DNA of 63,211 nt, filler included, from Bonamia ostreae (GCA_040357525.1; 14 parts of 14 records of this genome joined end to end with filler, not necessarily neighbours in it), one strand, 5' to 3'; shown: positions 1-12,204, counted from the whole stretch's first letter. Numbers and translations are program-made. Notes: generated by a model from the letters alone, not told the origin.

Positions 1-162
1 ATAGATTTTAGAATTTAAAAAGTTCAACAAAATTCAAAAAAAATAGATTTTAGAATTTAAAAAGTTCAACAAAATTCAAAAAAAATAGATTTTAGAAATT
101 TAAAAAAGTTCAACAAAATTTAGGAAAAATCGATTTTAGAATTTAAAAAAGTTCAACAAAAT
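1..162. repeat. AT-rich tandem minisatellite (~40-nt unit), probably intronic
   Basis: Unit atagattttagaatttaaaaagttcaacaaaattcaaaaaaa repeated about 4 times. Confidence 0.9.
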
Positions 163-1132
163 TTAGCGACAAAAGGAAAAATAACGAAAAATTTGGTCAG
201 AAATGGGAGAAAAATCGGCTTCAAAAGTTATTGCGGCAAAATTGTTAATCGAGTCGTTTCTTCTGGAAATCAACAAAAAGTCTTCGTAATTTTCTAAAAT
301 ATCGAAAGAAGCTTCGAATGTGGAATCGATATGTTCCAGATTGAAATCAATCGGTTCAAAATCGCCATTTTTCAATTTATTGAAGATATAGCGCAAAATT
401 ATGTGCTTCATTCCGTTTTCTTTCGACATTACGGCGACTTGCAATTTTCTCTAAAAATACCGTTTTTGTAAAAACGCTGTTGTCTGTTTGCGGCCGATGC
501 CATTGAATAGGCTTTTCTTCGGAACTACTGTCGTTGTTTTTTATTAGAGAAAATTGCTCTTTGTTTTGGGTTTCAATGGCTTTTTCTTCGTCAGTTTGTT
601 CGAAAATCGGTTTGAAATCGAACTGCGCATTTTTGAGGCACATTTTGTCTTTTTCTATTTCTTTTATTAATTCGAATTCGTCTTTAATCAAATTTTCGTT
701 TTGTGCGTATTTTAAGACGTCTTCGAGTTCTAAGTCGTCTTTTTCTGAAGTGGTTTCATTATGTAAAATTGTTTGTTTGAGCGCCGATTTTGAGGTCGAA
801 TCTGTGATTGGCGATCCGTTCAGACTTTGTTTTCTCGGTTTATTTGGCAAAGCCGTCTTTTTTGGTTTCTTGTTTCTTTCGCAAATTTTTTTGTGTTTCG
901 GCCAATTTTCGATTTGACATTTCTCGCAACAATAGACGACCTTTTCGATTTAAATTTAGTTATTATTAAAACGGACATTCAGTTGTAGCTTTAACAATTT
1001 ATTAAATTTATTGTTTATTGTAATATCACATAAATTTGTTAAAACTTCTTTGCCAAACTCCGGAGGACGACAACATCGCAAAATGAACTCAAAAGCTTCC
1101 TTGCTGCAATTAAAACATCGATAGGAGCCCAT
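163..1132 (-). CDS. MYND-type zinc-finger protein (multi-exon, 3' partial)
   Basis: Spliced N-terminus MGSYRCFNCSKE...RCCR...|VVYCCEKCQIENWPKHKKIC fits the MYND pattern. Continues into ORFs 377..850 and 163..444 via a 25-nt GT-AG intron. Confidence 0.65.
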
Positions 1133-1395
1133 TCTTAAGCTAAAAATATTATAGCCAAATTAATTATGCTTTTTCAATATATTGTCAAAATGTTCATTGA
1201 TAAGTGGCTAAATAGTTAATAATAACAGTTTAAAATATAATAATGATATAAAAGCTTTTTGTGATTTTTAAAATGGCCAAAAAATGATAACGGGGATTCA
1301 TTGTAGTTACTATAAAAACTGTAAAAACTAAAATTTTTTAGCTGTAAATTGAATAACGGGAGGATAATTTTATCAACAACAAGATAATTTTAAAA

Positions 1396-3765
1396 ATGTC
1401 ATTTTCCGACCTGTTTTTTGCTTTGATAACATTTGTTAATTCTGGTCACCCCCAATATGGCAGTTTCAGCCAATATGACGGTTTTCATTTTGTAAAAACG
1501 TGAAACAGCCCATCCGTTTCCAATGGGATGGCCGGATAAAAACCAAAACGCAGAATATGTTTGCCAGCGGTATAATCGCAGATTGTGTTCATCAAAAGAT
1601 TTGGAAATTTTAGCTTACACCCAAAAAAGGGGGTTTTGTCTACTCGCATGGGCATTCGACATTCGTTTTAAGAAGGTTAGAGGCTTTTTGACGAACACTG
1701 AAAAAATGCCCTGTTTCTCAACAACGGGAGGAACTTATGAGTTGCCTCCGTATGGTCCGTTTCCACAAGTATTCTCATACACAAAAAATGTTCTCTATTA
1801 CATTTGCGTGATTAAACAATCTGAGAGAGAAAGAGAGTATGGTTTTTGCAAAAATTGGTTAAAGAATGCAGTGGAAACGGTTCTGATTATAATGGCTATC
1901 AATCGAAAACTGAAACCGGGGAAACCTGTCAATGGTGGGAGGTGCAGTATCCAAACAAACACATAGAAACTCCCGATAACAATGAAAATCCAGAATTTAA
2001 GTCTTTGCAGAAAAATTATTGCCGCAACCCTGACAATTCTGTGCGACCTGTTATTTGAGATAACTTTGTTGTGACAATAATTTAATAATTTTTATAGTTT
2101 TATGTTTGTTTGATAAATTGTAACAATGGCATATTTTAGTTCTAATAATGATTGTAACAATAATATATTATTGTTCTTTTTTAATTCTAATAATGATTGT
2201 AACAATAATATATTCTTGTTCTTTTTTAGTTAAAATAATGATTGTAACAATGATAATATTCTTGTTCTTTTTTAGTTAAAATAATGCTTGTAACAATGAT
2301 ATAAATTTAATGAAAAATAGTGGTGCTATCTTGCAAATAAATTAGGGAGAGAATACTGTGACATCACATGTAGTACATGTTTCAATTTTTTTAATAATTA
2401 TAAAAATGAAAAGTTGGAGATAGCAGTTTTTATTTGTAACAACGTTAAATCCTTTTATTTTCTATCGCCAAAACCATTTTTTTAGGCGGATTCTGTGAAA
2501 TGACGGTCTACGAATATCCTTATTTTTACGGGAAAAGCTGTACAAAAAATTTGGCTCTTGGACAATATGATATTTTCATGTTTAACAATCACGACGATTG
2601 CGACATGATTTTTTACACACAAATTCGCTCTTTCAAGGTAAGAGGCGATAGATGCAAAGCCAAAGTCTTTGGTCTTGACGGCCACAATGAGGATTTTTTC
2701 GGCAATGTTGACATCCCAGAATTATCATTGACAAACCTCACAAACCAGATCTTTTACGCTTTTCTATTTGAATTATCTGGTAACATTTAAATTCACACTG
2801 TTACAACAAAGCGGATGTAATCTTAACTACCTATTTTGATTATGTAAACAGAAGGAGTTTTGCGTATGATTATTCTTACTTGCACGTTTGTTCGTCAACT
2901 GAAGTCGACAACGGACTTAATATCGCCAAACTAGATTCGAACTCTCCAGATTTTGGTTGGGTGTATGAAGGCGAATGGACGATGTATTCCCACGAAAAAG
3001 TTACTCCGATGCCGGATAAAAAATCTTGGTGCTGTCTTGATGGTTTTTGATGAATGTTGTTAAATATGATTTGTAAAAATTTTGAAATAAGATCATTTAA
3101 AAACAAACTTGAAGATATTCAATTAAAAATTCAAAAAGAATTCCCAAAACTAACCGAAGAACTAGTTTATTCGAACGAGGCCTTTTCAAAATGCGCGGAA
3201 AAGACGAGGATAGCACCAACAGAACTGAGAGGAGTACAAATGGAATTCATTTATCGGCGAAGACTTTGCACTGTCAACGATTTGACTTCCCATTTTCACT
3301 ACAAAAACACAACTTTCGCAATGGGATTTGCTGCTTCAACGGAAAATGATGTCGTTTTGATTGGTAAAATTGGTGCAAATTTGGATGTTGTTACAAATTT
3401 GAATGGAAATACTCTATATCGCGTTTGGTGTTGTGATGAAGATTGTTATCCTGTTTTCTACCAATGCATTGAAGATAAAGATTGTTGTACTTTTAATTGC
3501 GTCAATAATATATGTGCTTGTTTTTGTTTAATTTTATAATTGATAATATTTTTGTTTGTTTTTGATTAAGAGATAAATCAAAATTTTTAAAGTTCCGGAA
3601 ACAACTGGTGGTGATGATGATGGAGAAAATGGCTCAGGGGAAAGAAAAATGGGTTTGTTGTCGAGAATAATTATTTTTTTGGTCGGTTTGTATTTTTTTG
3701 GTTGGATATTGAGATTTTGTTGTCCGAAAAGAAAACGGTTTGATCGACGCATTAAAATACATTGA
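1396..3765 (+). CDS. Modular type-I membrane protein: signal peptide, Link/CTL-like Cys modules, kringle, beta/gamma-crystallin-like domain, knottin-like domain, TM
   Basis: Kringle CSGNGSDYNG...GETCQWW...NYCRNPDNSVRP|WCY...EYCD. Crystallin-like TVYEYPYFYG...IRSFKV. TM LLSRIIIFLVGLYFFGWIL then RFCCP. Joined by GT-AG introns, e.g. 1842-1864. Confidence 0.8.
2117..2300. repeat. Intronic tandem repeat (~44-nt unit) inside the kringle-splitting intron
   Basis: taatgattgtaacaataatatatt...gttctttttta repeated about 4 times. Confidence 0.85.
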
Positions 3766-3915
3766 CAATTTTAACAGACAAAAATTTTTATTGAAAATAT
3801 CAAAAATCAATTGTTTTTTATCTACTAAATAAAAATGTGCAAAATTTAATAGCATTTTTCATACAAAATGATTTAAAAATTGTTATTTTAAAACTAACAA
3901 AAACGATTTATAAAA

Positions 3916-4454
3916 ATGTCAGATACCGATTTTGAAGTAAATCCAATTGATAACTTTATTTCAATGAACTCTTCTGATAGTTACAAATGCCATGATGCAA
4001 TTTGGTTTGTTGTATTTTTAGTCAATTTTACTGTGTTTTTGGCTTTTTCCATTTTCGCTTTTATTCAAATCGACCACTTTGCTTTCAAAAGTTCTGATTG
4101 GGGCAAGTTTATCGTTATCTTTGGTTTTATTTTGGAAAATAGAACATTAATTATTTATAATAATTGATAACAACAGAACATTCAAGTATTTATACTAATT
4201 GGTAACAATAAAGGAACAGTATACTTGCTTTCTCAAATCTACGGGATCCTAGCAATAATGACATTTTATTATCAACCAAAAGCATCAATAATCTTGAGTG
4301 TCGTCACATATTTTTTGAGCATAATAACATTTATAGTTGTTATGACAGTGAAAAATTTTGCAAAAAACGCTGTGATAATAATTTTTTCTGTCTTCTCGTT
4401 TTTTGTTTTGTTGTTACTGATTTTTTCTCTGTATAAACATTTTATCTTGTTAGC
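3916..4454 (+). CDS. Multi-pass membrane protein, choline transporter-like (CTL/PNS1) N-terminus, 3' partial
   Basis: YKCHDAIWFVVFLVNF resembles the CTL first-TM motif. Several further TM helices follow. Truncated at contig end. Confidence 0.45.
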
Positions 4455-4554
4455 NNNNNNNNNNNNNNNNNNNNNNNNNNNNNNNNNNNNNNNNNNNNTT
4501 AATTAATTAANNNNNNNNNNNNNNNNNNNNNNNNNNNNNNNNNNNNNNNNNNNN
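4455..4554. other. Artificial contig linker (N44-TTAATTAATTAA-N44); 13 in total, also starting at 9000, 13541, 18076, 22605, 27134, 31662, 36186, 40701, 45211, 49718, 54220, 58720
   Basis: Identical 100-nt spacer with stops in all six frames. Contig lengths fall from 4454 to 4392 and never increase. Confidence 0.98.
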
Positions 4555-4678
4555 TTCAAAAACGAAGCGTAGACATATCCACAAAGGAAGAAACGCAAAA
4601 AAGATTTGATCAAATCTTTATTGACTAAAAAACTACAATTTTGTTGAAATATAGATGAAACGTTAATTTAAATTTAGA

Positions 4679-4716
4679 AATCCCATAAATTTTTAATTTT
4701 TAAAAATTTTATATAT
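4679..4716 (+). promoter_or_regulatory. Candidate snRNA upstream element (TCCCAT) and TATA-like box
   Basis: aaTCCCATAAAT about 57 nt and tttTATATAt about 25 nt upstream of the U4 5' end. Resembles a plant-type USE/TATA arrangement. Confidence 0.35.
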
Positions 4717-4737
4717 TCGAAAGTTTGGGTTGACCGC

Positions 4738-4875
4738 ATCTTTGCGCAGGAGGCAATATCCAAGCGAATGAAGTTTTATACTGATGCTGGATTATTGCTA
4801 GTTGAAAACTACTCCAGTTGCCTCGGGCACCTGGGAAACCTAGTGCCCAATTTTTGTCAGCCAGTCCAACTGGCC
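4738..4875 (+). ncRNA. U4: U4 spliceosomal snRNA
   Basis: 5' ATCTTTGCGCAG, 5' stem-loop GCAATATC...AATGA...CTGA...GATTATTGC, TAGTTGAAAACT, GGGCAC/GTGCCC stem, Sm site AATTTTTG at 4849, 3' hairpin GCCAGT/ACTGGC. Confidence 0.95.
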
Positions 4876-5026
4876 TATTTAACGCATTTTAACTTTCCAA
4901 CTTATTATTTTTAAAATTGCAAAACGACCAATCTTTGAAAACAAAACTAAGCGTTTACCTAAACCGACGAAAAAATTTGAAATAAGCTAAATTTCCAATT
5001 TAGGAAAAACTATAATAATCGTTTCA

Positions 5027-5448
5027 TTAATAAAAAACCGCATCAACAATTTTTATGGGCGAATAAAAATCGTTTTGCAAGCTGCTTACCATTTTTCTAT
5101 ACAGCAAACTTTCTTTCCGAAGATAAAAATCTTCGTTGTTTTCTTTTTCGCCGTCCTTTATGTCAAGATTCTTAATTTTCGTCACAGTCTTTTCAAACAA
5201 ATCTGGAAAATTTGAGTCGATTTCTTTGTCCAGCAGTTTTAAAATATTGTCCCTTGTCGTTTTTTCGTTTGTTTTCGAATCGCTTTCGATTATTTTTATT
5301 ATACTTATTATTTCCTTGTTGCTATATTTTCTATATTGTTTATAAGAGCAAACTCGAAATTCTTTTCCAAAACACATTTCCTCATTTTTTCGTCTGTCGT
5401 CTTCAAACTCTTAGCCATTTTAGCTATTAAATGCTGACCACTTTCCAT
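5027..5448 (-). CDS. Small protein, possibly RNA polymerase II subunit RPB4-like
   Basis: Spliced MESEFEDD...MCFGKEF...SNKEI...LFEKT weakly resembles RPB4. The 3' end is uncertain. Confidence 0.3.
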
Positions 5449-5539
5449 TGACTTAATTAATATCTCTCAGTTTGTTAAATCTTTTATATATAATAGAACC
5501 AGAATCTTTAACCCGAAAATAAGCTCTTATCAGATAATA

Positions 5540-7088
5540 ATGGATCAATCCCAAAACGATAAAAAACAAAAACTCGTTATTGAGGGGAAAACAAAGATAA
5601 AAATCACTGAAAACAGCTTCTACAACGAAGCCCAAGTCTTGAACCGAGATTTGTCAGTAGCCGCCATTGCAACTTTCATAAAGTACATTCAAAAAAAAGA
5701 CGACATTAAGTTTAGGCGCAATTTTGAATTAAATGGCGACAAAATAAATTTCAAGAAAAAGGTCGTCATCGTCGACGGCCTAAGCGCAAGCGGTTGACTT
5801 TTTGTTCATTCCCAAAGGAATCCGCTCGATAAGATATGCGAACGAACTGGAGCCCAAAAAACACATCGAGATAATCGCAAATGACATCGACCCAAAATCG
5901 GTTCGTTTGATAAAGGAAAACTGTGATCTCAACAAGACCTCCGAACGCGTTCAAATTCGCAACAGCGATCTCAAGTTTTCTTTTGCACAGCAAAGCAAGT
6001 TTTTGCTGACCAATGAAGACGATCTCACCATTATCGATTTGGATCCGTACGGATCGGCAGCGCCCTTCATCCAAAACTCCCTCAATTCCATTCAAGACGG
6101 CGGCCTTCTCTGCGTTACTTGCACCGACATGCGAAACTTTGCCGGCCTGAACACCGGTTCGTGCTGGAGCCACTACAACGCAATGACCACGAGAGGCAAG
6201 TACTGCCACGAATTGGCGTTGAGGATACTGCTCGGGCACATCAGCAGAACGGCAAGCGGTCTGAAGAAGCACATCGTGCCGCTGGCTTCTTTCAGCATCA
6301 ATTTTTACGTTCGCGTTTTCGTGCGAGTTCTGAAATCGCCTTCCGCGGCCAACTCGAGTTGTCGGTTTTGTGTTCTAAAATGAAGCCAAAACGGACATGT
6401 TTTTGTTTGCAGCGACTGCGACTCTTTCAAGACACAGAGACTGGCTCGGATCAACGGCAACGGGGACATGAAACCGGTTCTGGTTGATCCGAACGCTTCC
6501 AAATGCGAAGTGTGCGCCGGGAGAAGAGAAGTTTTTTTCGAAATTTGCGATTAGATGATCGGGCCGATATGGTGCGACAGGTTGCACGACGAACTTTATC
6601 TCGAAGAATTGATCGGCCAAACGAAAAAACTCGATTTTTTGGAGCGGCAAAGCGAAGCGGTTTCTTTGGCTTCTTTGGCCAAAGCCGAAATCGAAGCGCC
6701 TTTTTATGTAAATCTGAGCGCACTTTCCAAGAAAATAAGATGCGGTTCGATTTCTAATAGAATGTTCGGGTTTCGATTTTCTAATTTGGAATTCAGTCGG
6801 GGAATCGTCAACAGCGGATACAGAATAAGCAGAAGTCACATAAAGCCCGAGTTCTTGAAAACGGACGCGCCGTTTTCTGTAATTTGGGCAGTTTTGATAA
6901 AGCACTTCGAAAACAGTCCTCCGAAAGAGGAAAACGATTTGATGCGAAAAATAAGATCGACAACGGAAGCTTTGAAAATCGAAGTGGATTTTGAAAAAAA
7001 GGGGGAAGAACTTATTCAAAAAGGCGTCTTCAAATTTTCGTGGCGCGGGAAAAGTTGGGGGCCGAAGAAAAAAATTAGACTAAATTAA
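5540..7088 (+). CDS. TRM1: tRNA (guanine-26 N2,N2)-dimethyltransferase
   Basis: FYNEAQVLNRDLS, DGLSASG|IRSIRY, IDLDPYGSAAPF, GGLLCVTCTD, HELALRILL, CSDC/CEVC, GPIW, GYRISRSH. Introns 5793-5817, 6365-6385, 6531-6554 and probably a 27-nt in-frame intron. Confidence 0.97.
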
Positions 7089-7246
7089 GTTGTTTCAAAA
7101 CTCGAAAAGTTAAAAAGAGACCAGAAAAGCAAATCTGTGAAAAGTGCTATTTAATAAAATGAGCACTCTTCAATGAGCACTCTTAAAAAAATTAGTTTAT
7201 TCAAAGATATTTTGGTAAAACAACAAATTTTCGTGATACAGTTTAT

Positions 7247-7642
7247 TCAATACTTCAAAGATATTTTCCGCATTAAAGCTGTGAAGTATTTTTTCATTTT
7301 CCCTAAGACACTTTTAGGAACAACTACTTCGATCAGATCGGACATTTCAGGGGCATTTTTGTCTGTGCTCAATGTGTTTTCTATCTCATTTTCTCGTCTT
7401 TTAAACGATTCTTCTCTTTTTTCTCGTCTTTTAAACGATTCTTCTCTTTTTTCTCGTCTTTTTAGTGATTCTTCTCTTTTATTTTCTTTTCTCTCTTTCA
7501 GTTCATCTTCCTTTTGTCTTTCGTAATACAAAAAATGTTCTTTTCGAATCCGCCAGTTGTATTCGTAATCTGAGCACGAGTCATATTTTTTATTGTAATA
7601 TGTTTTTTGGCGGCGCCCTAAAACGTTTTTTAGAGAATCCAT
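7247..7642 (-). CDS. Hypothetical protein with tandem KRREKREESF repeats
   Basis: ATG-initiated 131-aa ORF; 30-nt repeat about 3 times at 7390-7480. Confidence 0.55.
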   Translation of the reverse strand: MDSLKNVLGRRQKTYYNKKYDSCSDYEYNWRIRKEHFLYYERQKEDELKERKENKREESLKRREKREESFKRREKREESFKRRENEIENTLSTDKNAPEMSDLIEVVVPKSVLGKMKKYFTALMRKISLKY

Positions 7643-7899
7643 TTTATTTTGTTAAATGTTCTATGTCACTATTAATTGTGGTCGATTTTTCTTAAAATCG
7701 TTTTTGTTAATTGTGGATCAACTTTTTTAACATAATTTTTTCGATATTTTGCTTCAGATTTTTAAATTTATTGGTGTTAAAAAAATTAGAATTTTGCGTT
7801 TATTGTAAAATTTTGAATCGGAACTCTTCTCAAATTGTCTATGTTTATCGATCCGTCATCTATGAATGGGCGAATAAATATCGATCTTGAACTTTTTTT

Positions 7900-8999
7900 A
7901 GATTTTTGATTTTTTTTATCTTGAACTTTTTCTAACAACAAAAATTTGTTAAAAACTCAATAATCAAATGATCTTTTAACGACAAAATTCCTTCAAAAAA
8001 TTCTTTACTTTTAGCGAGAACAATAATCGTTCCTTCTGATAACTCTCTGACATCGTTTATATAACCATTTTCATAAGAAAATTTTTGCTAAATTTTTAGA
8101 ATAAAAAACGTCAAGTTCATTATTCAAAATTTCAATTACTTTTTCGATTGTTCCTTTATGCGAAATGTTTGATATTACTATTGGATATCCCGATTTTCTC
8201 TATTTTTTTAAATTTATTGCCAAAAAACAAAATTTTAAATTTTCGTAAAAAAATTATTCCGAAAATATTTTCGAAAAAATTTACGAAAAAAATATTTTTG
8301 AAAAAGCAAAATTTTAAAATTTAGTTTTCGAAAAATTATATTTTTGAAAAAGCAAAATTTGCGAAAAAAATATTTTCGAAAAAATTTGCAAATTTTAAAA
8401 TTGACATTTTCGGGTAAATCGCTATTAATGATGGCGTCTCTAGCGGTCCTCCAATCTGACCCGCCATTTTCAAAATTTTTTTGTCCCAATTTTGCGATTT
8501 TTGATTAAATTTTGTATTTATTTTTATCGGACTTTTACCCGAAATATTTTGCTGATTGTCAATTAAAAAGTTAGAAATGAGTTCTTTTGGAGCAGGAAAA
8601 ACATTTATTCGGAAATTTCTGTAAAATTTTGATTTCAAAACCCGAAAATCGATCCGTTTAAAGACAGAGCTGCGGACATTGCGGAATGTTCGTTCAAAAT
8701 GACGAGAATTGAGTTTTTTAATTGCGGCGGATTTGAAACGTTTTTTATCATTTCTTTTTGTGTTCCCATTTTTGTCTTAAATTTTGAAATTTAATAACAA
8801 TTTTTGTTCATTCGGAACAGAACTAATTTTAAATTTGTCAAAATTCAATTCGAAGAGAAACTTGAATATTGGAATTGAACCAGTCACCGATCGTTTGCAA
8901 TGTTAAATTGAAAGGCACATTTTCTACAATTATTCCTAAATTTCGGATATAAAATATAACCTGAAACCGGATCTTCGATTTCGCCGTTTACGATAACTA
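7900..8999 (-). CDS. Hypothetical multi-exon protein, 5' partial (possible RRM-like segment)
   Basis: Coding-like exons, e.g. GIIVENVPFNLTLQTIGDWF, interrupted by GTTT...AG introns. Boundaries approximate. Confidence 0.35.
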
Positions 9000-9438
9000 N
9001 NNNNNNNNNNNNNNNNNNNNNNNNNNNNNNNNNNNNNNNNNNNTTAATTAATTAANNNNNNNNNNNNNNNNNNNNNNNNNNNNNNNNNNNNNNNNNNNNT
9101 CGGAAAAGTCATTCACCATTCCCTCCTCTGAAGGATCCACTATAAAAAATTGCGGTACTAATCAAAAATTTAGCGGTAAAAATCCTCCTAAAAAATGTTG
9201 TTTTGACAAAACGGAATTAATCAAAAAATGTAGATCAATAAATTATCGTAAAATTATCCTAAAATAACTTAATCAATAAAGCTAAAAAATGTAGTTCTGT
9301 CGATTAGTTAGACGTCGAGTTAAAAGTTTTCTAGATAAAAATATAATAAATCATTTCAATAATTTATTGAATTGATGCAATATTTTTGATCAAATCGTTG
9401 CAAGATTTGATAACTAATTTTTAAAAGTTAAAAAAGTG

Positions 9439-11779
9439 TCAAAATGTATTTAATATTTTTTTGATTGAATTGGCCAAAAAATCAATTTGTTCAACTGAAT
9501 GTTCACAATTAACGTTGATTCTGATGCTCCCCCTTTTTGAAGGATATCCATCTATACAATTTGGGCGACTGAATTCTACCAATATTCCAAAATTTCGCAA
9601 CGATTTGACGATTTTTGCCAACATGAGAAAATTCTCATTTTCCTCTTTTCCGCCATTTTTTTGCCTTAAATGACAGAACGGAACAGGATGTTCTCCGAGA
9701 ATTTCGAATTTGTGAAGTTCCAAGTTGCTTTTAAGCGAATTGATTTTGCTCCAAAAATATTTTGTGATCTGGTTCAATTTATTGATCCGCCATTGTTCGA
9801 TTGTTACAATATCTATCGCTGTGGACGACGCTCCCGCCGTGAAAGGCGGAGCTGACGCAGAAAAACAATATCCGGCACTACCCAATCTTTGGTAATTACT
9901 CACATCTTCATCTCCCACACAGAATGAACAAACACTTCCGAAAGCAAAATTTAAAGAAGAACAATATATTTCAATCTCCGAGAGCTTTCGATTTAAAATT
10001 AAATTGTAAAAAGTTTTCTAAATATAAATGTCGAGTCCGAGGCAATTTACTGACACAAAACATCCCATTTAATTCGAATTTGAAAAAACAGATTTTGAAA
10101 TTTAAAATTAACTTTTATAAAAATCGAATTCGAAAAACAATTTGCAAATTTAAATTGTTCCAAAAACTATTTTGCAAATTTTAAAAATCAAAAATCGAAT
10201 CAGTTTTAACAGAAGAAACACAATGCTTCCAACATTTTTACAATATATGCATTTTGCTAATATAGAAAATTATATCTAATCAATCTCCGAAAGCTTCACC
10301 AAAAAATGGCGATCTAAAAACAACTCCGAACATAATAAAAACTGGGATTTTCAAATAGTCCAAACTTCCACGGAGACCCAAAACACCGACCGCAAAGGAG
10401 TCGTCCAGAATAAGCCGATAATGATATTTTCTCTTTAATTCCAAAAGTTTCCTCAAATCCAAAATATCCGCGCGGTCTCTGAAAACGCCTTCTGCGACGA
10501 TGAAACGCCGCGTCAAAGGCCGCTTTGTTGTCTCGTCTTGTTTTTTGACTGCGATCATCAGCTTTTCCAAACTTTGCATATTGTTGTGCTCGTAGAAAAA
10601 CGACTCGGAATGAGAGATTTTGACGCCATGTTTGATGAAAAAATTGCATGCACTGTCACACAAAATTATGTCGCGTTTTTTGGAGAACGCGGCGATGACA
10701 CTCGAAACACAGCCGATTGTGTCGGAATAGATCACGCAGTTTTTCGATCCGTACAAAGCGGATATCTTCTTTTCGAGGGAAAGGTGCACATCCGTCGAAC
10801 CGTAAAATCCTCTCGGCCCGCAACTGCCAACAGCATATTTGCGCACAATTCTGCACGCCGTTTCCTTTAATTCTGGTCTGTTCGCAATGTTCAGAAAATC
10901 GGGACTGGCGAAATTGGAGTACTTTTTTTCTTCGATGGTGACAACAGTTGAAACGGCAGATTCCAGGAATAACGGTGGAACAATGTCATCAAAACGTGGA
11001 GACTTTTTGATTAAAGGTTCTGGAACCCATTCTTCGATCAGTTTTTCCTTTTCCTAATAATATTTTTGAACATTTTTTTAAAACGAAAATTTTAATTTTG
11101 AACAAATTTTTTTAATACGAAAATTTTTATTTTGAACAAATTTTTTAAAACGAAAATTTTTATTTTGAACAAATTTTTTAAAACGAAAATTTTAATTTAA
11201 TTTTTTTAAAACGAAAATTTTAATTTTGAACAAATTTTTTAAGACGTTAATTTTTATTTTGAACAAATTTTTTTAAACGAAAATTTTAATTTTGAACAAA
11301 TTTTTTAAGACGTTAATATTAATTTTGACCATATTTTTTAAAACGAAAATTTTAATTTTGACCAAATTTTTATAAAACGAAAATTTTTATTATGAACAAA
11401 TTTTTTAAAACGAAAATTTTAATTTAATTTTTTTAAAACGAAAATTTTAATTTTGACCAAATTTTTTTAAGCGAAAATTTTAATTTTGACCAATTTTTTT
11501 AAAACGAAAATTTTTATTTTGACCAAATATTAAAAATTATTATTGTTTAACTTGTTCGCTAAGTTCTTTTGGTTTCTTTGCTTTGAATGGTTTCTCAATG
11601 AAAAAATAGGAAACAATGAACACCAACAAAAAAACTTCGACGAAAACATGATATTTGTCTCTCCAAAAAGCATACGCCAATTTCTTGGCCCATTTTTGTG
11701 CCACGGCAACAAAAAAATGGTCATGCAATTTAAAATCTGTTAATATTTTTCTTATCGCTTTTGTAAAAAAGTTTTTCAT
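9439..11779 (-). CDS. SPTLC1: Serine palmitoyltransferase subunit 1 (LCB1)
   Basis: N-terminal TM, EEWVPEPLI, RKYAVGSCGPRGFYGSTDVHLSLE, RRFIVAEGVF, YRLILDDSF, YQRLGSAGYCFSASAPP. Long introns 11054-11551 and about 9985-10343. Confidence 0.93.
11060..11530. repeat. Intronic minisatellite (~33-nt unit, about 14 copies)
   Basis: ttttgaacaaatttttttaaaacgaaaatttt(a/t)a repeated. Confidence 0.92.
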
Positions 11780-11887
11780 TAATTTTTTATTATATCGGTT
11801 ATGCGAAAAAATATATATAATTTCTAAATTTCATATTTAGACACAATTTTTGTAACTTAAACATGTTCCTATATAAACTTAAAACAA

Positions 11888-12204
11888 TGAAAATGGTGGA
11901 AAACAACAAAACAATTAAAAACAACAACAAAAAGTTAAAACAAAAAAACAAAAAATCTCAAATTGAAAAGTTTGTCCAGAAAATCGAAGAAACGACGAAC
12001 GAACAACTTTTCCACAAAATAAGTTTTTACTAATTCGATTGATCATCTTTTTCTTTAGACATTCAGATGTTGAAAGGCAGAAAAAGAAAGAATTGGATTA
12101 AAAAGCGAATGGTTGAACTTGGAGTTAAAAGAAAAAAAATCAAAATACCGTACAAAAATTTGAAGAAAATTGCTAAAAATAGAAAACGGAAAATTAAAAA
12201 TTGA
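11888..12204 (+). CDS. Small basic protein (DUF4602/C1orf131-like?)
   Basis: Two exons; LKGRKRKNWIKKRMVELGVKRKKIKIPYK. Confidence 0.4.

Noticed and set aside
4455-4554. TTAATTAATTAA element recurring every ~4.5 kb
   Set aside because: Always centred in a 100-nt N block between length-sorted contigs; an assembly linker, not biology
5540-7088. Stop-codon reassignment or programmed frameshifting as the cause of fragmented ORFs
   Set aside because: Every break I examined in conserved genes is resolved by a GT-AG micro-intron, and TAA, TAG and TGA are all used as true stops
11060-11530. CRISPR-like regular ~33-nt repeats (also 22705-22845 and 34325-34515)
   Set aside because: Head-to-tail units with no unique spacers, within or beside eukaryotic introns, and no cas genes
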